Position numbers and translations under genes: made by a program
The notes under the pieces: generated by a model
The model's input: only the letters and a program-made list of their open reading frames with translations
Told to the model about the DNA's origin: nothing
Database searches by the model: none
DNA from: Eledone cirrhosa
Lineage: Eukaryota
DNA length: 64,000 nt
Assembly (NCBI GenBank): GCA_964016885.1
Contig: OZ024740.1
Span: 53,630,001 to 53,694,000, forward strand
Direction: 5' to 3'
Part shown: one piece after another, positions 1 to 12,700 of the stretch
Layout: every line of letters starts with the position of its first letter
Position numbering within the stretch: the first letter of the stretch is position 1

Positions 1-261
1 TGTACGTTTTGTAAGTTTGGTTCTCTAAGGGGTTGTCATTAAGTCTACCATTATAGTTGTGTGTACTATTATTGTTGTTATTATAGTTGTTGTTTTCCCT
101 ACCGTTATCGTTGTTACTGCTATTTCTATTATTGTGGTTGTTACATGTATTGTTGTTATGTCTATTGTTGTTGTTGCTGTTAATCTCTCTATTGTTATCG
201 TTGTTGTTACTGCTATTTCTATTATTATTATTTCTCTCTCCTGCTGTCATTGTTGTTGTTG

Positions 262-308
<47 letters not shown>

Positions 309-320
309 GTTATTGTTATT

Positions 321-2843
321 CCTTGAATCTCAGTCATTGATGTTGGTTAACTGGAAAGTCCGTTGGATTGAATATCAAGCCACTACCTGCAGCCTCAGAT
401 ATTCAGGACGTATCGGAGGGTTCTTGCCGTTCCAAGCAAGCATGCCTTTTGAAGCGTTCCAAAAAGCGTGAAGGGGCCGATTTTCTTTAACCAGCCCTGG
501 AAACCTTTGGAGATAGTCCCCAGTGCGCCTATGACAATCGGGATCACTTTGACTTCATGGCAGTTCCAAATCCTTTTCACCTCCCACTTTAGGTCCTGGT
601 ATCGGTTAATTTTCTCCCTCTCCTTCTCTTGCACTCTCGTGTCGAACGGGCAGGCCACATCCACAATCAGGCACGATCTTTTTTCTTTGTCCACAACCAC
701 CAGGTCAGGTCTATTGTGTTCCAGTTTTTTGTCCGTCTGTATCCTAAATCCCACAGCACCTTCACCTGACTGTTCTCCATCACCGCCTCTGGCCTATGCT
801 CATACCATTTCTCAGAATGTGGTAGATTGTTTACTTTGCACAGGTGCCAGTGGATCACCCTGCCCATCACATCGTGTCTCCAGCCCTTATAGTGGGTCTG
901 GGCTAGGTGTTTACACTCGGACACAATGTGAGCCACAGTCTCCTCTCTCTCTCCACAGATCCTGCACAGTGGGCTAGCCTCCTCCTTGTAGATATGGTGC
1001 CTCAACCACTTCGTTTTGAGGGCCTGCTCCTGCGCAGCCATTAGCATTCCTTCTGTAGCCTTTTTGAGGTCTCCTCTTCTCAACCAGTTCCATGTCTGTG
1101 GATCTCTAAATTCAGTTTTCTCAAAGAAGGTACTATGAAGGGATTTTCCCTTAAGGCTGCTCTTCCTCCTTGATGTTATTTCCTCCTTGGATATCCCCTG
1201 GCCTACTGTCCCCTCCTTCAGTACAGCTCTGAGCATTGGCTCCTTACTATAGGTCACGTATTTGTATAGGTTGTTTTTCTCCATCTGAACACAGTCCTCT
1301 ATGCTGATAAGACCTCTTCCACCCTCAGATCTCCTTAGGTAGAGTCTATCGACATCACTCCTCTTGTGGAACATGTTGTAGATAGTCAATAGCTTCCTAG
1401 TCTTCCTATCCATTTCTTTTTGTTCAGCAACATTCCATCTCAGAATTCCCGCACTGTACCTAATAATAGACACAGCTCGGGAATTTACTGCGCTTATGGC
1501 ATTTCTGCTGTTCAGATGTGACTTCAATACGCTCCTTACTCTCCGAATGTATTCAGTTCTTAACAATTCCTTCATTTTTTTGTTCTTTATGCCATCAGCC
1601 TCCAGAATGCCCAAATACTTGTATCCTTCCTCAGAGTCAATTTCCTTTATCATCTCACCTGTTGGTATCTGGATCCCGTTACTTCTGCTCAACCTACCCC
1701 TCCTCATCACAATGACTCCACATTTACCAATACCAAACTGCATACATATATCACTGCTGAAAATACGGACAGTGTCAACAAGCACATCCAACTCCTTCTC
1801 ACTTTTCCCGAAGAGCTTAAGATCGTCCATGAAGAGGAGGTGATTGATGGTAAGCTCTCCCCTTCCCAACTTGTATCCTGCTCTCACTTTTCGCAGCATA
1901 ATGGTCAAGGGCATCAGGGCAAGGACAAACAACAGAGGGGACAGGCTATCTCCCTGGAAGATACCTCTCTTGATCTTCACGCTTCCCAAGGATACTCCAG
2001 TTGATGTCAACTCTGTCTCCCAGGACCCCATACTCCTGCCCAGCAACTGTCTGATGTTATCTGCCACCCTGAAGATCTCCAGGCTTTTGGTGATCCAGGA
2101 ATGAGGCACCATGTCAAATGCCTTTCTGTAGTCTATCCATCCCATGGCAAGATCAGTGTGTCTCCTCCTGCAATTCCCCATTACCATCTTATCAATAAGC
2201 AACTGGTCCTTTGTACCACGTGACTTCTTTCGGCATCCTTTCTGTTCGTCCGGCAACAAGTTGTTTGTGTGGAGGTGATGGTAGATTTCCTCAGACACAA
2301 TGCTCGTCAACAGTTTCCACATTACAGGCAGACATGTGATAGGTCTATAGTTGGTAACATCATTACCCTTGATTCGGTCTTTCATTATCAGAACTGTGGT
2401 ACCTTTTGTCAACCACTCTGGCACCTCACCCGACACCAAGCAGTCATTGAACATGGCCGTCAGCTTCGGGTGGAGGGATGTTAAATGTTTAATCCAATAC
2501 CCCTGCACACCATCTGGGCCTGGTGATTTCCAGTTGGTTAGTTTTTTGGCTTGCCCCTTAAGAGTTTCAACTGTGATACTCAAATCAGTCTGTTGCTGTG
2601 CCTGCTCACCGATCTCCCTCTGTACTGTCTCAATCCACCCTGCCTGGGCATTGTGTCTAACATCCTGCTCCCATATTCCTCTCCAGAATGTTTTAGCTTG
2701 TTCCGCCCCAGGGATCAAGTCGTTGCCTCTTTCTTTCCCCTCAAGCTGTCCAAACAGCATCTTCTGGTTGTTGTCGAACATGCGGTTCTGTTTATACTGA
2801 CTGACTCTGTTCTCGTATCGCCTGATTTTGGCACTCTTTGCTA

Positions 2844-2845
<2 letters not shown>
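321..2845 (-). mobile_element. R4/Dong-type RLE non-LTR retrotransposon, 5'-truncated, one frameshift near 750
   Basis: ORF 667..2781 has RT motifs (QGDSLSPLL, LLFMDDLKL), a CCHC knuckle (CRICGEREETVAHIVSEC) and RHD. ORF 395..754 has RLE motifs (RPDLVV, DVACP, K..Y, LQKACLLGT). Flanked by (TTA)n on both sides. Confidence 0.93.
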
Positions 2846-2892
<47 letters not shown>

Positions 2893-2896
2893 GTTC

Positions 2897-3388
2897 TTTG
2901 AGTCTCAGTCATTGATGTTATTTAACTGGAAAGTTTGTTGAAATGAATATCAAGCCGCTACTTGCAGCCTCAGATATTCAGGACGTATCGGAGCGTTCTT
3001 GCTGTTCCCAGCAAGCATGGCTTTTGAAGTGTTCCAAAAAGCGAGGCTGGAATAATCTTCTTTAACCATCCTTGGAAACTCTTTGAGATAGTACCTAGTG
3101 CACCTATGACAATCGGGACGACCTTGATTTCATGTCAGTTCCAAATCCTTTTAAACTCCCACTTTAAATCCTGGTATTGGTAAATTTTCTCCCTCTCCCT
3201 TTCTTGCACTCTCGTGTCAAATGGGCAGGCTACATCTACAATCAGGCACGATATTTTTTCCTTGTCCAAAACCACCAGGTCAGGCCTATTGCATTCTAAT
3301 TTTTTGTCCCTCTGTATCCTAAAATCCCATAGCATCTTCACCTGATCGTTTTCTATCACCGACTCTGGTTTATGCTCATACCACTTCT
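2897..3388 (-). mobile_element. R4/Dong-type LINE 3' fragment (RLE domain and 3' UTR)
   Basis: ORF 3135..3359 has RPDLVV and DVACPF. The 3' UTR closely matches 321-400. Confidence 0.9.
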
Positions 3389-4480
3389 CTGGTGCTTCCT
3401 TGACGGTGAACAGGTGTGGTCACCGTTTGCCAGACGTGTTTTTCTCCAGCTCGTCTCATTAACGGAGCTGCAGTCCTGGATCAGGAAAATACCGAGGGAT
3501 AGCGCTTGGAAGCTGGAATGTCTCCAAGCGCTCACAGCCTTCTACCAGCTGGGCACTAGTATCGGTGGAACATCCACCTCCTGCGTTCTATTGAGGACTA
3601 GTGGAGGGGAAGAGTGACGACGTTCTCGGGGAGACCCTGGGCGTCGAAGACGGTCAGCTGTTCGCTCTCTTCAAGAGAACTTTCAGCCCGAGTCCTATGG
3701 ACAACTTCCAGAAATCTCTGGCCTGGCAGTGCTACCGGGGAGCGTTGCCGGTTCGAGATAAGATCTACAAGCACGGAAGTGCCGTCAGCCTGACCTGTCC
3801 GAGATGCGCGCAGGGCAACGAAACCGTTGTGCACGCACTCGTTCAGTGTCCGAGCACTGCTGACTTGTGGAGCTATGTCGAACATTTGCTGTCACGTGTA
3901 GGACGTATCCGATTATCGATTGAGTCCATTGTGCAGATAGAGCCGCCGTTCTCCTTTAAGGAGGAGGAAGGGCAGGCAGTTTTCATCTGCCTGGTGGCCA
4001 TGGCGAAAGAGATTGTATGGTGGACAAGGTTGAAAGGATTGAAGACGGACACTTTCCTCTTCGGCAAATCCCTGATTAACTTTTTCAAATTTCACTTGAA
4101 GAGGAAAATCAGGGTGGAGAGACAAGTGCTGTCTTCTCGTAAGTTTATTGAAAAGTGGGTGAAAGTGGCGAGTCTTGTCCGAGTGAACGGGCCCGCTCTG
4201 AGTAATCGCCTGTAGACTGAGGTGTGGAAAACTGAGAGAAGGCGCTTGCCCTGGTGGTCAGGGTGGCCGTGGTCCTTTGTGTGGTTTTCACCACGAGTGA
4301 CCCTCGGAAGTTTCCCCACTATTGAGGAATTTTTGTTGTTTAAATTATTTTGATTTTTTCTATCTTCTTGTTATAACCTTTTTTACACGGCCCAAACCCA
4401 CTTTGTATCGTCCTGTGCCGTCCTGTGCCGTCTGTAATGTTTTTCTATATGTTAGCCCTTGTGGCCAATACATAAACCAT
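3389..4480 (+). mobile_element. Tx1/L1-type LINE 3' fragment
   Basis: ORF 3601..4215 has a C-terminal zinc knuckle (CPRCAQGNETVVHALVQC) and is homologous to 14440-15500. Ends in (ATT)n. Confidence 0.88.
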
Positions 4481-4495
4481 TATTATTATTATTAA

Positions 4496-4720
4496 GGGCG
4501 TTGGATTGGCAGTATCGGTAGCGGGTAGGACGCCATGCTTTGTAGCAAAGAGTTAAGGCCCTTTACGGACTGAGTTCAAATCCCGCCGAGGTTAACTTTG
4601 ACTTTCATCCTTACGGGGTCGATAAAATAAAGTACCAGTCACGCACTGGGGTTAATTTCATAGACCTCCCCCCCCCCAAAAAAAAAAAATTGCTGGCCTT
4701 GTGCCTATTTAAGAAACCAT
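4496..4720 (+). mobile_element. tRNA-derived SINE
   Basis: A-box-like TGGCAGTATCGGTAG, B box GTTCAAATCC, (ATT)n tail. Multiple copies in the window. Confidence 0.9.
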
Positions 4721-4792
4721 TATTATTATTATGATTATTATTATTAAACCCTTGCGGTTAATAAAGAAATCATTATTATTATTATTATTATT

Positions 4793-7700
4793 GAGTCTCA
4801 GTCATTGATGTTAGTTAACTGGAAAGTTTGTCGAAATGAATATCAAGCCACTACCTGCAGCCTCAGATATTCAGGACGTATCGGAGGGTTCTTGCTGTTC
4901 CCAGCAAGCATGCCTTTTGAAGCGTTCCAAAAAGCGTGAAGGGGCCAATTTTCTTTAACCATCCCTGGAAACTTTTTGAGATAGTACCTAGTGCGCCTAT
5001 GACAATCGGGACCACTTTGACTTCATGGCAGTTCCAAATCCTTTTTACCTCCAACTTTAAGTCCTGGTATCGGTTAATTTTCTCCCTCTTCTTCTCTTGC
5101 ACTCTCGTGTCGAATGGGCAGGCCACATCCACAATCAGGCACGATCTTTTTTCTTTGTCCACAGCCACCAGGTCAGGTCTATTGTGTTCCAGTTTCTTGT
5201 CCGTCTGTATCCTAAAATCCCACAGCACCTTCACCTGATCGTTTTTTATCACCGACTCTGGCTTATGCTCATACCACTTCTCAGAATGTGGTAAATTGTT
5301 TACTTTGCATAGGTGCCAATGGATCACCCTGCCCATCACATCATGTCTCCAGCCTTTATAGTGAGTGTGGGCTAGGTGTTTACACTCGGATACAATGTGA
5401 GCCAAAGTCTCCTCTCTCTCTCCACAGATCCTGCACAGTGGGCTAGCCTCCTCCTTGTAAATATGGTGTTTCAACCACTTCGTTTTGAGGGCCTACTCCT
5501 GCGCAGCCATTAACATTCCTTCTGTAGCCTTTTTAAGGTCTCCTCTGTTCAACCAGTTCCATGTCTGTGGATCTCTAAATTCAGTTTTCTCAAAGAAGGT
5601 ACTATGAAGGGATTTTTTCTGAAGGCTGCTCTTTCTCCTTGATGTTATTTCCTCCTTGGACATCCCCTGGCCTATTGTCCCCTCCTTCAGTACAGTTCTG
5701 AGCATTGGCTCCTTACTATCAGTCACGTATTTGTGTAGGTTTTTTTTCTCCATCTGAACACAGTCCTCTATGCTGATAAGACCTCTTCCACCTTCAGATC
5801 TCCTTAAGTAGAGTCTATCGACATCACTCCTCTTGTGGAAAATGTTGTAGATAGTCAATAGCTTCCTAGTCTTCCTATCCATTTCTTTTCTTCAGCAACA
5901 TTCCATCTCAGAATTCCCGCACTGTACCTAATAATAGACACAGCTTGGGAATTTACTGCACTTATGGCATTCCTATTGTTCAGATGTGACTTTAATACGC
6001 TCCTTACTCTCCGAATGTATTCAGTTCTTATCAATTCCTTCATTTTTTTGTTCTTGATGTCATCAGCCTCCAGAATGCCCAAATACTTGTATCCTTCTTC
6101 AGAGTCAATTTCCTTTATCATCTCACCTGTTGGTACCTGGATTCCGTTACTTCTGCTCAACTTACCCCTCTTCATCACAATGACTCCACACTTACTAATA
6201 CCAAATTGCATACATATATCATTGCTGAAAATACGGACAGTGTCAACAAGCACATCCAACTCCTTCTCACTCTTCCCGAAGAGCTTAAGATCGTCCATGA
6301 AGAGGAGGTAATTGATGGTAAGCCCTCCCTTTCCCAACCTGTATCCTGCTCTCACCTTTCGCTGTACACTGGTCAGGGGCATCAGGGCAAGGACAAACAA
6401 CAGAGGGGACAGACTATCTCCCTGGAAGATACCTCTCTTGATCTTCACGCTTCCCAAGGATTCTCCAGTTGATGTTAACTCTGTTTCCCAGGACTTCATA
6501 CTTTTGCCCAACAACTGTCTGATGTTATCTGCCACCTTGAAGATCTCCAGGCTTTTGATGATCCAAGAATGAGGCACCATGTCAAATGCCTTTTTGTAGT
6601 CTATCCATCCCATGGCAAGACCAGTGTCTCTCCTCTTGCAATTCCTCATTACCATCTTATCAATAAGTAACTGGTCCTTTGTACCACGTGACTTCTTTCG
6701 GCATCCTTTCTGTTCGTCCGGTAACAAGTTGTTTGTGTGGAGGTGATGGTAGATTTCCTCAGACATAATGTTTGTCAACAGTTTCCACATTACGGACAGA
6801 CATGTGATAGGTCTATAGTTGGTAACATCATTACCCTTGGTTCGGTCTTTCATTATCAGAACTGTGGTACCTTTTGTCAACCACTCTGGTACCTCACCTG
6901 ACATCAAGCAGTCATTGAACATGGTTGTCAGTTTCGGGTGGAGGGATGTTATATTTTTAATCCAATACCCCTGCACACCATCTGGGCCTGGTGATTTCCA
7001 GTTGGTTAGTTTTTTGGCCTGCCCCTTAAGAGTTTCAACTGTGATACTCAAATCAGTTTGTTGGTGTGCCTGTTCACTAATCTCCTTCTGTACTGTCTCA
7101 ATCCACACTGCCTGGTCATTATGTTTAACATCCTGCTCCCATATTCCTCTCCAGAATGTTTTAGTTTGTTCCGCCTCAGGGATCAAGTCGTTGCTTCTTT
7201 CTTTCCCTTCAAGCTGTCCAAACAGCATCTTCTGGTTGTTGTCTAACATGCGGTTCTGTCTATACTGACTGACTCTGTTCTCGTATCGCCTGATTTTTGC
7301 ACTCTTTGCTATAATGCGTTGCTTCAGTTCCTCTATGATAATATTTAGCTTTTTCCTCCTAGTTTTGTACTTTATTTCCAGTCTATTTTTAGTGTCTATG
7401 TTTTTTAGTGTCCCATTCAGTAGGGACTCAAGCTTTCCAATGTCATTTCTCATTTCCCTGATTTGACCACTCAGTCGTTTCTTCCACCAAGGCTCTGCTC
7501 TTTCTTGTCTGTTGTTTCCTCTCGCTTTTATACCAAGTAGTTTCCTCACCATATTTGCTGTTGCTTTGAGGATATTGTTGCACTGGTGAAGGCTCCTCGC
7601 CTCAAGGTATGAGATGACTTTCTTTACCTTAGCTGTTGTTTCTTTTAACTTTTTCCTGTCTACAAATCTTAGGTTCATAGGTCTCCCACTATCATTGTTC

Positions 7701-8340
7701 AATTCATCTACCACTAAGTTTAGGATATCAACCAAATCTTGTCCTAGCCCGTCAGCATTCATCTCCTCAGTGGCCGTATCTCTGTTCCAGGTATTATTTA
7801 TCTCAGCATTCAGATCATTGTCTGCTTCGGGTGGTTCCTCCGTTCTCTCGACCACTTCCCTTTCATTTCCCACTGGCTCGTTTGTTTGGCATACTCCACT
7901 CTCCATCTCCAAGCTAATCTCTCTACTCAGTTCCTCCAGTTCCAGCTCGCTTATCCACCCATTAGTTCTTATTACCCGAGCCTGCCCGGCCAATTTTTGT
8001 TCATCTAAATAGACCAATCATCTAAATAGACCAATCTCGTTCCAGATGTTATGCATCCGTTTCCTATAGCCTTTCTCCTTGGGGTTACTCTTCAGGTAAC
8101 ATTGCATAACAGTTCTATTCAATTCTTTCGTCCAGTTGGTTCTGGTCCCTTTCCTTCTTCTTCTTCCTCCGACACCAGCAGTATTTGGTTGACAGCCAGG
8201 TCCCTGCTGCTGAGCCAGGGAGCACCTGTTGGGTGAGAGTCTGTCACATGACATTCTAGTCTCCATTTCACCGTTATTCGAACTGTTTAGGTTCGACATT
8301 TAAACACTCTTATCGAGGATTGGCGAATGTATGGTTACAT
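4793..8340 (-). mobile_element. Near full-length R4/Dong-type RLE LINE with a broken single ORF
   Basis: ORF pieces 8018..8299, 5855..8017, 5493..5882 and 4863..5474 give the N-terminal domain, RT, CCHC and RLE in order. A 17-bp tandem duplication (tcatctaaatagaccaa, 8001-8034) causes one frameshift. 5' boundary approximate. Confidence 0.93.
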
Positions 8341-9668
8341 AACCATCGGTGAATTCATCGCCTCCGGTGATTTCGTCACTCCACGTGATTTTGGTGCGGC
8401 ATTATCACGCTGTAGACGAACATAAATAAACAAACAAACAGCCCCCCCCCCCCAAAAAAAAAATGAATAAGCATAAGTTTCATTGTAATGTAGTGTTTGA
8501 ATGTCTGACTTAGTTTTTCCCTTCCCTTCTCTGTTCGTCTGTTTGTTTTTCTCTTCATTTTTATTTTCTTTACGTTTTTCGTTGTTGCTGTGCTGCTTTG
8601 ATATTGATTTTTGTTTTTTTGATTTTGACCGGGTCATCAATTCAGTCTATTTATATATGTTGATGCCTTCCTCTTTTAGTGGGGATTCTACAATGTAGCA
8701 GGGGTTAGCGGGAGAGAATAGCGGTGGTAGTGATAATGAGGCAGTGGTGGTGGTGGTGGTGGCGGTGCTGTGCTAGCAGCAACTAGCAGGAGGTAGTGGG
8801 AGAGAATAGCGGCGCTAGCGATAATGAGGCAGTGGTAGTGGTGATGTGATCGTATTACTGTAGTGATGGTGTTGAAGTTGGAGTAGAAATAGCGGTTGAG
8901 TCGACTTGACCAGAGTTTTCATCGTGGTAGTGGTGGTGGTGTTGGTGGTGAAACTTATCTTTAGTTATTTAGTCATTTTGTCATTTTCCTCCTTTTCGAC
9001 TCTAACATTCCTGATCCAAAATTAAATATTAATCTTGTTTATAAATATTGTCTAGTGATACCGCCATCTTCCCCTTTCGTAAGTTAACAGAAGGTAATGG
9101 TGGGATAGCGGTAGTAGCAATGAAGGAGTGGTGGCGGTGGTGATGGGATAGTGGTGATGGATGGGCAGCGGCGGCGGTGACTGTAGTGATGGCGTTGTCG
9201 TTACTGAGTTTTGTTGAATAAGCTGTATTTTTGTTTGATCGGTGAATCTATGGGGTTAGTCGCGTATATGTGTTGACATATTCCTTAATATTGGAATTAA
9301 ACATTTTGTTAAAACTTGAGACAATAATAATAGTAATTATTATTATTATGCTGAAATTGGTGGTGGTGGTGGTGAAATTGCCGTTATCTGGCTGTTGTGT
9401 TTAGTGTACACAGAGGGGTGATGGGGTAGGTAGTGTATCTAGTTTCTGGTGTTGGTGAAATTGCTGTTATTTGGCTGTTCTATATAGTGTAGACAGAGGG
9501 GTTTTCTTCCATTTATAACCATTTTCTTTTTTGAATATAAAATGTATAATACAAAATTAAATATTTGAGCGGTATAACAATATATTATGGATCCGAATTT
9601 TTTTGGGACTTAAGCCGGACGCTTTATGTATCATTTGTACTAAGAATTGTTATTTCACAATTGATTTA

Positions 9669-9701
<33 letters not shown>

Positions 9702-12700
9702 GCGACCTACGTAGTAAATCGTATCATAGTGAGCTCCGCAAAGTTTTCTTATTTCCGTCTGTTAAAAATTGCCATTAATGGAAATTTTTTATTGTTAAGT
9801 ATATATAAGCGCACATACATTGTTTTCCGAAAAGGACACTCAAAAAGATTGGGGCCTTGTGCCCAAAATTTAAACTTTTATGATTATCACAAATTTATTT
9901 GAAAAAAAAATGGCTAATTCAACTCTGTAGCAAACAGCTGAGAGCCTTCCTCACAAATTAACACCTCACACCGACACCACCATTGTAAATGTTACTACGT
10001 TTGCCAACACTAGAAAAAAATATAAGCAGTAGCAATATTTAAAATTTGTCTCAGGCAGACATTCATTTCCCGCCATTACCAATGACTGCAGGTGTTAAAG
10101 CCGCCACCACCACCACCACTGCGACAACCCCCCCACCACCACCACAACTGAAACTAAAATTAATAATAAGAAAAATAACGACAACAACAACAGCAACAAT
10201 GACATTAAAAAAACCACCCTCAGTTTTGCCAGAGTAGCAAAACAGTGCGAAGCATTTACGGTAACTCAGGGGGAATTAGAAAATGCCCCAAAAAATGGTA
10301 AAGAAAGATGGGTACAGGGTCAGCCCCCCCCCCCCCCCCCACACTCCTAATAAAATGGAGCATCGGCGCCTATGCACCGTGTCGTATCGAACAATTAATG
10401 TAAAATCGCGCCGAGTGGAACGGGCATCCGAGTCCCAAATCCAAAAAGCTTTGGGACATGTGTGGGCAAGAAAAACCCACATCAGACGTGGGCAGAAGTA
10501 TGGAACCGTGGACGTGTTCTTTGAAACACCAGAGGAGGCTAGAGAACACTCCATGGCCCCATTAAGAAGTGACGACTTCACACTCGTCCCAAGCTATTGT
10601 GGCCAGAGACTCGTAAAGATCAGGGTGACCCTCGTTCCACCGGCCATCGAAATTCCTTGGCTAATAGCGGCAATCCTCGCCGGCATCGAAGCCAACACAA
10701 AGATAATAGCAATAGCAAAAGAAAAGCAAGCAGGAGAACTGGTCCGGATCTGGGATGGAGCTCCTGATCCAAGCGCACCAAAAAAGCATTGAGGAGATCC
10801 CAGAGGTAATAGACCTCACTGACGGCAGCCACCTCACGGTAATTGCCGAGGGCAGAAGGCCTAGGTGTGTCGTTTGTGGTGAAGGAACCCACCTAAGGGC
10901 TTTCTGCCCTCAGGCTAAAAGGTTGAGGCCACCTCTCCTACCCACCCCAGTGACTCAACCATCAACACCACCAGTAGCAGAGATGGCAGCAACAACTGTA
11001 GCAGCAACAACAGAAGCAACTTTAACAGCAACAACCCCAGCAACAGTAGCAAAACCAACACCACCACCATCAGCAAAACCAACACCACCACCACCCAACG
11101 CTTCAGAACTAGCACCAGCGCCTACACCATCCACGACGCCACAACCAAAACTAACGCCTGTAGAGGATTTTACACTCCCCGGCCTATCACAACTGGAGAC
11201 AGATTGTGACGACGAGGCGTGGGAAACGGTATCAGGAAAAAGAAAAGAAACCAAAAAAGAAAAAATTCTCTTCCTTCCAAAAACAAAATACAGAGGGAAA
11301 CAAATAAATTAACAAACAAAAATGTTAGGACAGATAAGCCACCATCCACACCAGCATCACCAACACCATCACCCCAAACACCAACACCATCACCATCATT
11401 AACCCCAACACCTACATCACCTACACCACAAAAGTCACCAAAATGCGAAACAGAAACAAACCCACAACAAACGCAAACAAAACAAAACAACCAAAACGAT
11501 ACACACTACACAGCATTAAATTTGAACAACAACCAATTATTACACTACATCCAACACAACACCAGCATCACAGAAAAAGACTACACAACAACCCAAAAAT
11601 TCACACCACCTCCACACATACAAATCACCCGCATCACACAAAAAAAACGTACATGACACTAAAACAAAAATTCCCCAAAGACATCGGAGACTTCCGACAA
11701 GAACTCTCCAGGAGGATTTATAAGGACATCCTTCCTGAGGAGCCCACAAGCAGTGAAAAGGATGGAAAAACCGTCCTTCCTCTACGAGAAGTAAGGTAAG
11801 TGGTCTTTCCCATCTTTTCCACTCCCTTTCAACATGACCTCACTCAGAATAGGCAGCATAAATGCGCGTGGCTTGGGGTCGTCATGGAAGCAGGGCCACC
11901 TGCTCAACGACCTCAGGTCACTAAACATAGATGTAATGGCCATCAGTGAGACCATAATCTCCGAAGCACGGGCCTTCGCACCGATCTTCAGCGGCTACAA
12001 TGTGTACGCATCTCCCAGCCGTCCGGGATCGGGGGAGGAGTTGCTGTTCTTTTTCGGAGAGGTTTGGATCTTGCCATACGGGCCATCGTCCTGGACCCAG
12101 ATGGTAAGTTGGTGGTGCTGGACGTGACCAGCGGAGACGGGCAAGCTTTCAGGTTAGTGGCCGTCTATGCCCCGACAGGAGCAGGGCGGCCTGATGTCTT
12201 CCGGCGTCTGGAGACCTTTCTTGGAACGTCCCGCTCTTTAGTGTTAGTGGGCGACTGGAACGGGATCTTAGATGCACGCTGGGATTGTGTGAGATTAGTG
12301 GATAGGGGAGGAGGGTGCAAGAGTCTCACCAACCTGCTCAGGCGTTTTGAACTGTCTGACAGGTACCGATTGGATTTCCCGAATGTACCAATGTGGACTT
12401 GGACAAATCGCATAGGGTCATCCAGATCATATCTAGATAGAGTATTTTGTAGGGAAATAGATAGGTCTAGCATAGGCTGTCCACAATTCAAGATAGTCAG
12501 CTACACGGACCACAAATTCGTGATCTGTGTGCTTGACTTAGATAGACTTCATAGACGAGGACCCGGCTACTGGAAGCTAAACGCGTCCTTACCAGCGCGC
12601 AAGGCCTACAGAGACCGGATTAGCGAACTAGTTAAGCGGGCGTTGACGGGTGCCATCGTCAACAACAAGTGGTGGTTTGCTCTGAAAAGAGCAATTAGAA

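Noticed and set aside
59-471. Poly-Leu/Ile/Tyr ORFs here, and similar YIYI, THTH, poly-Ser and poly-Arg ORFs elsewhere (19524, 29386, 50046, 57257)
   Set aside because: They are translations of microsatellites, not genes.
468-8012. Plus-strand ORFs repeated in both Dong copies
   Set aside because: They are antisense shadows of the LINE ORF.
8290-8420. Possible HDV-like ribozyme in the Dong 5' UTR (minus strand; hairpin followed by GCCAA)
   Set aside because: I could not build convincing P1 and P1.1 helices by eye; a descriptor search is needed.
8450-9600. GGT-rich segment resembling a decayed LINE ORF1 on the minus strand
   Set aside because: Only compositional similarity, with no diagnostic motif.
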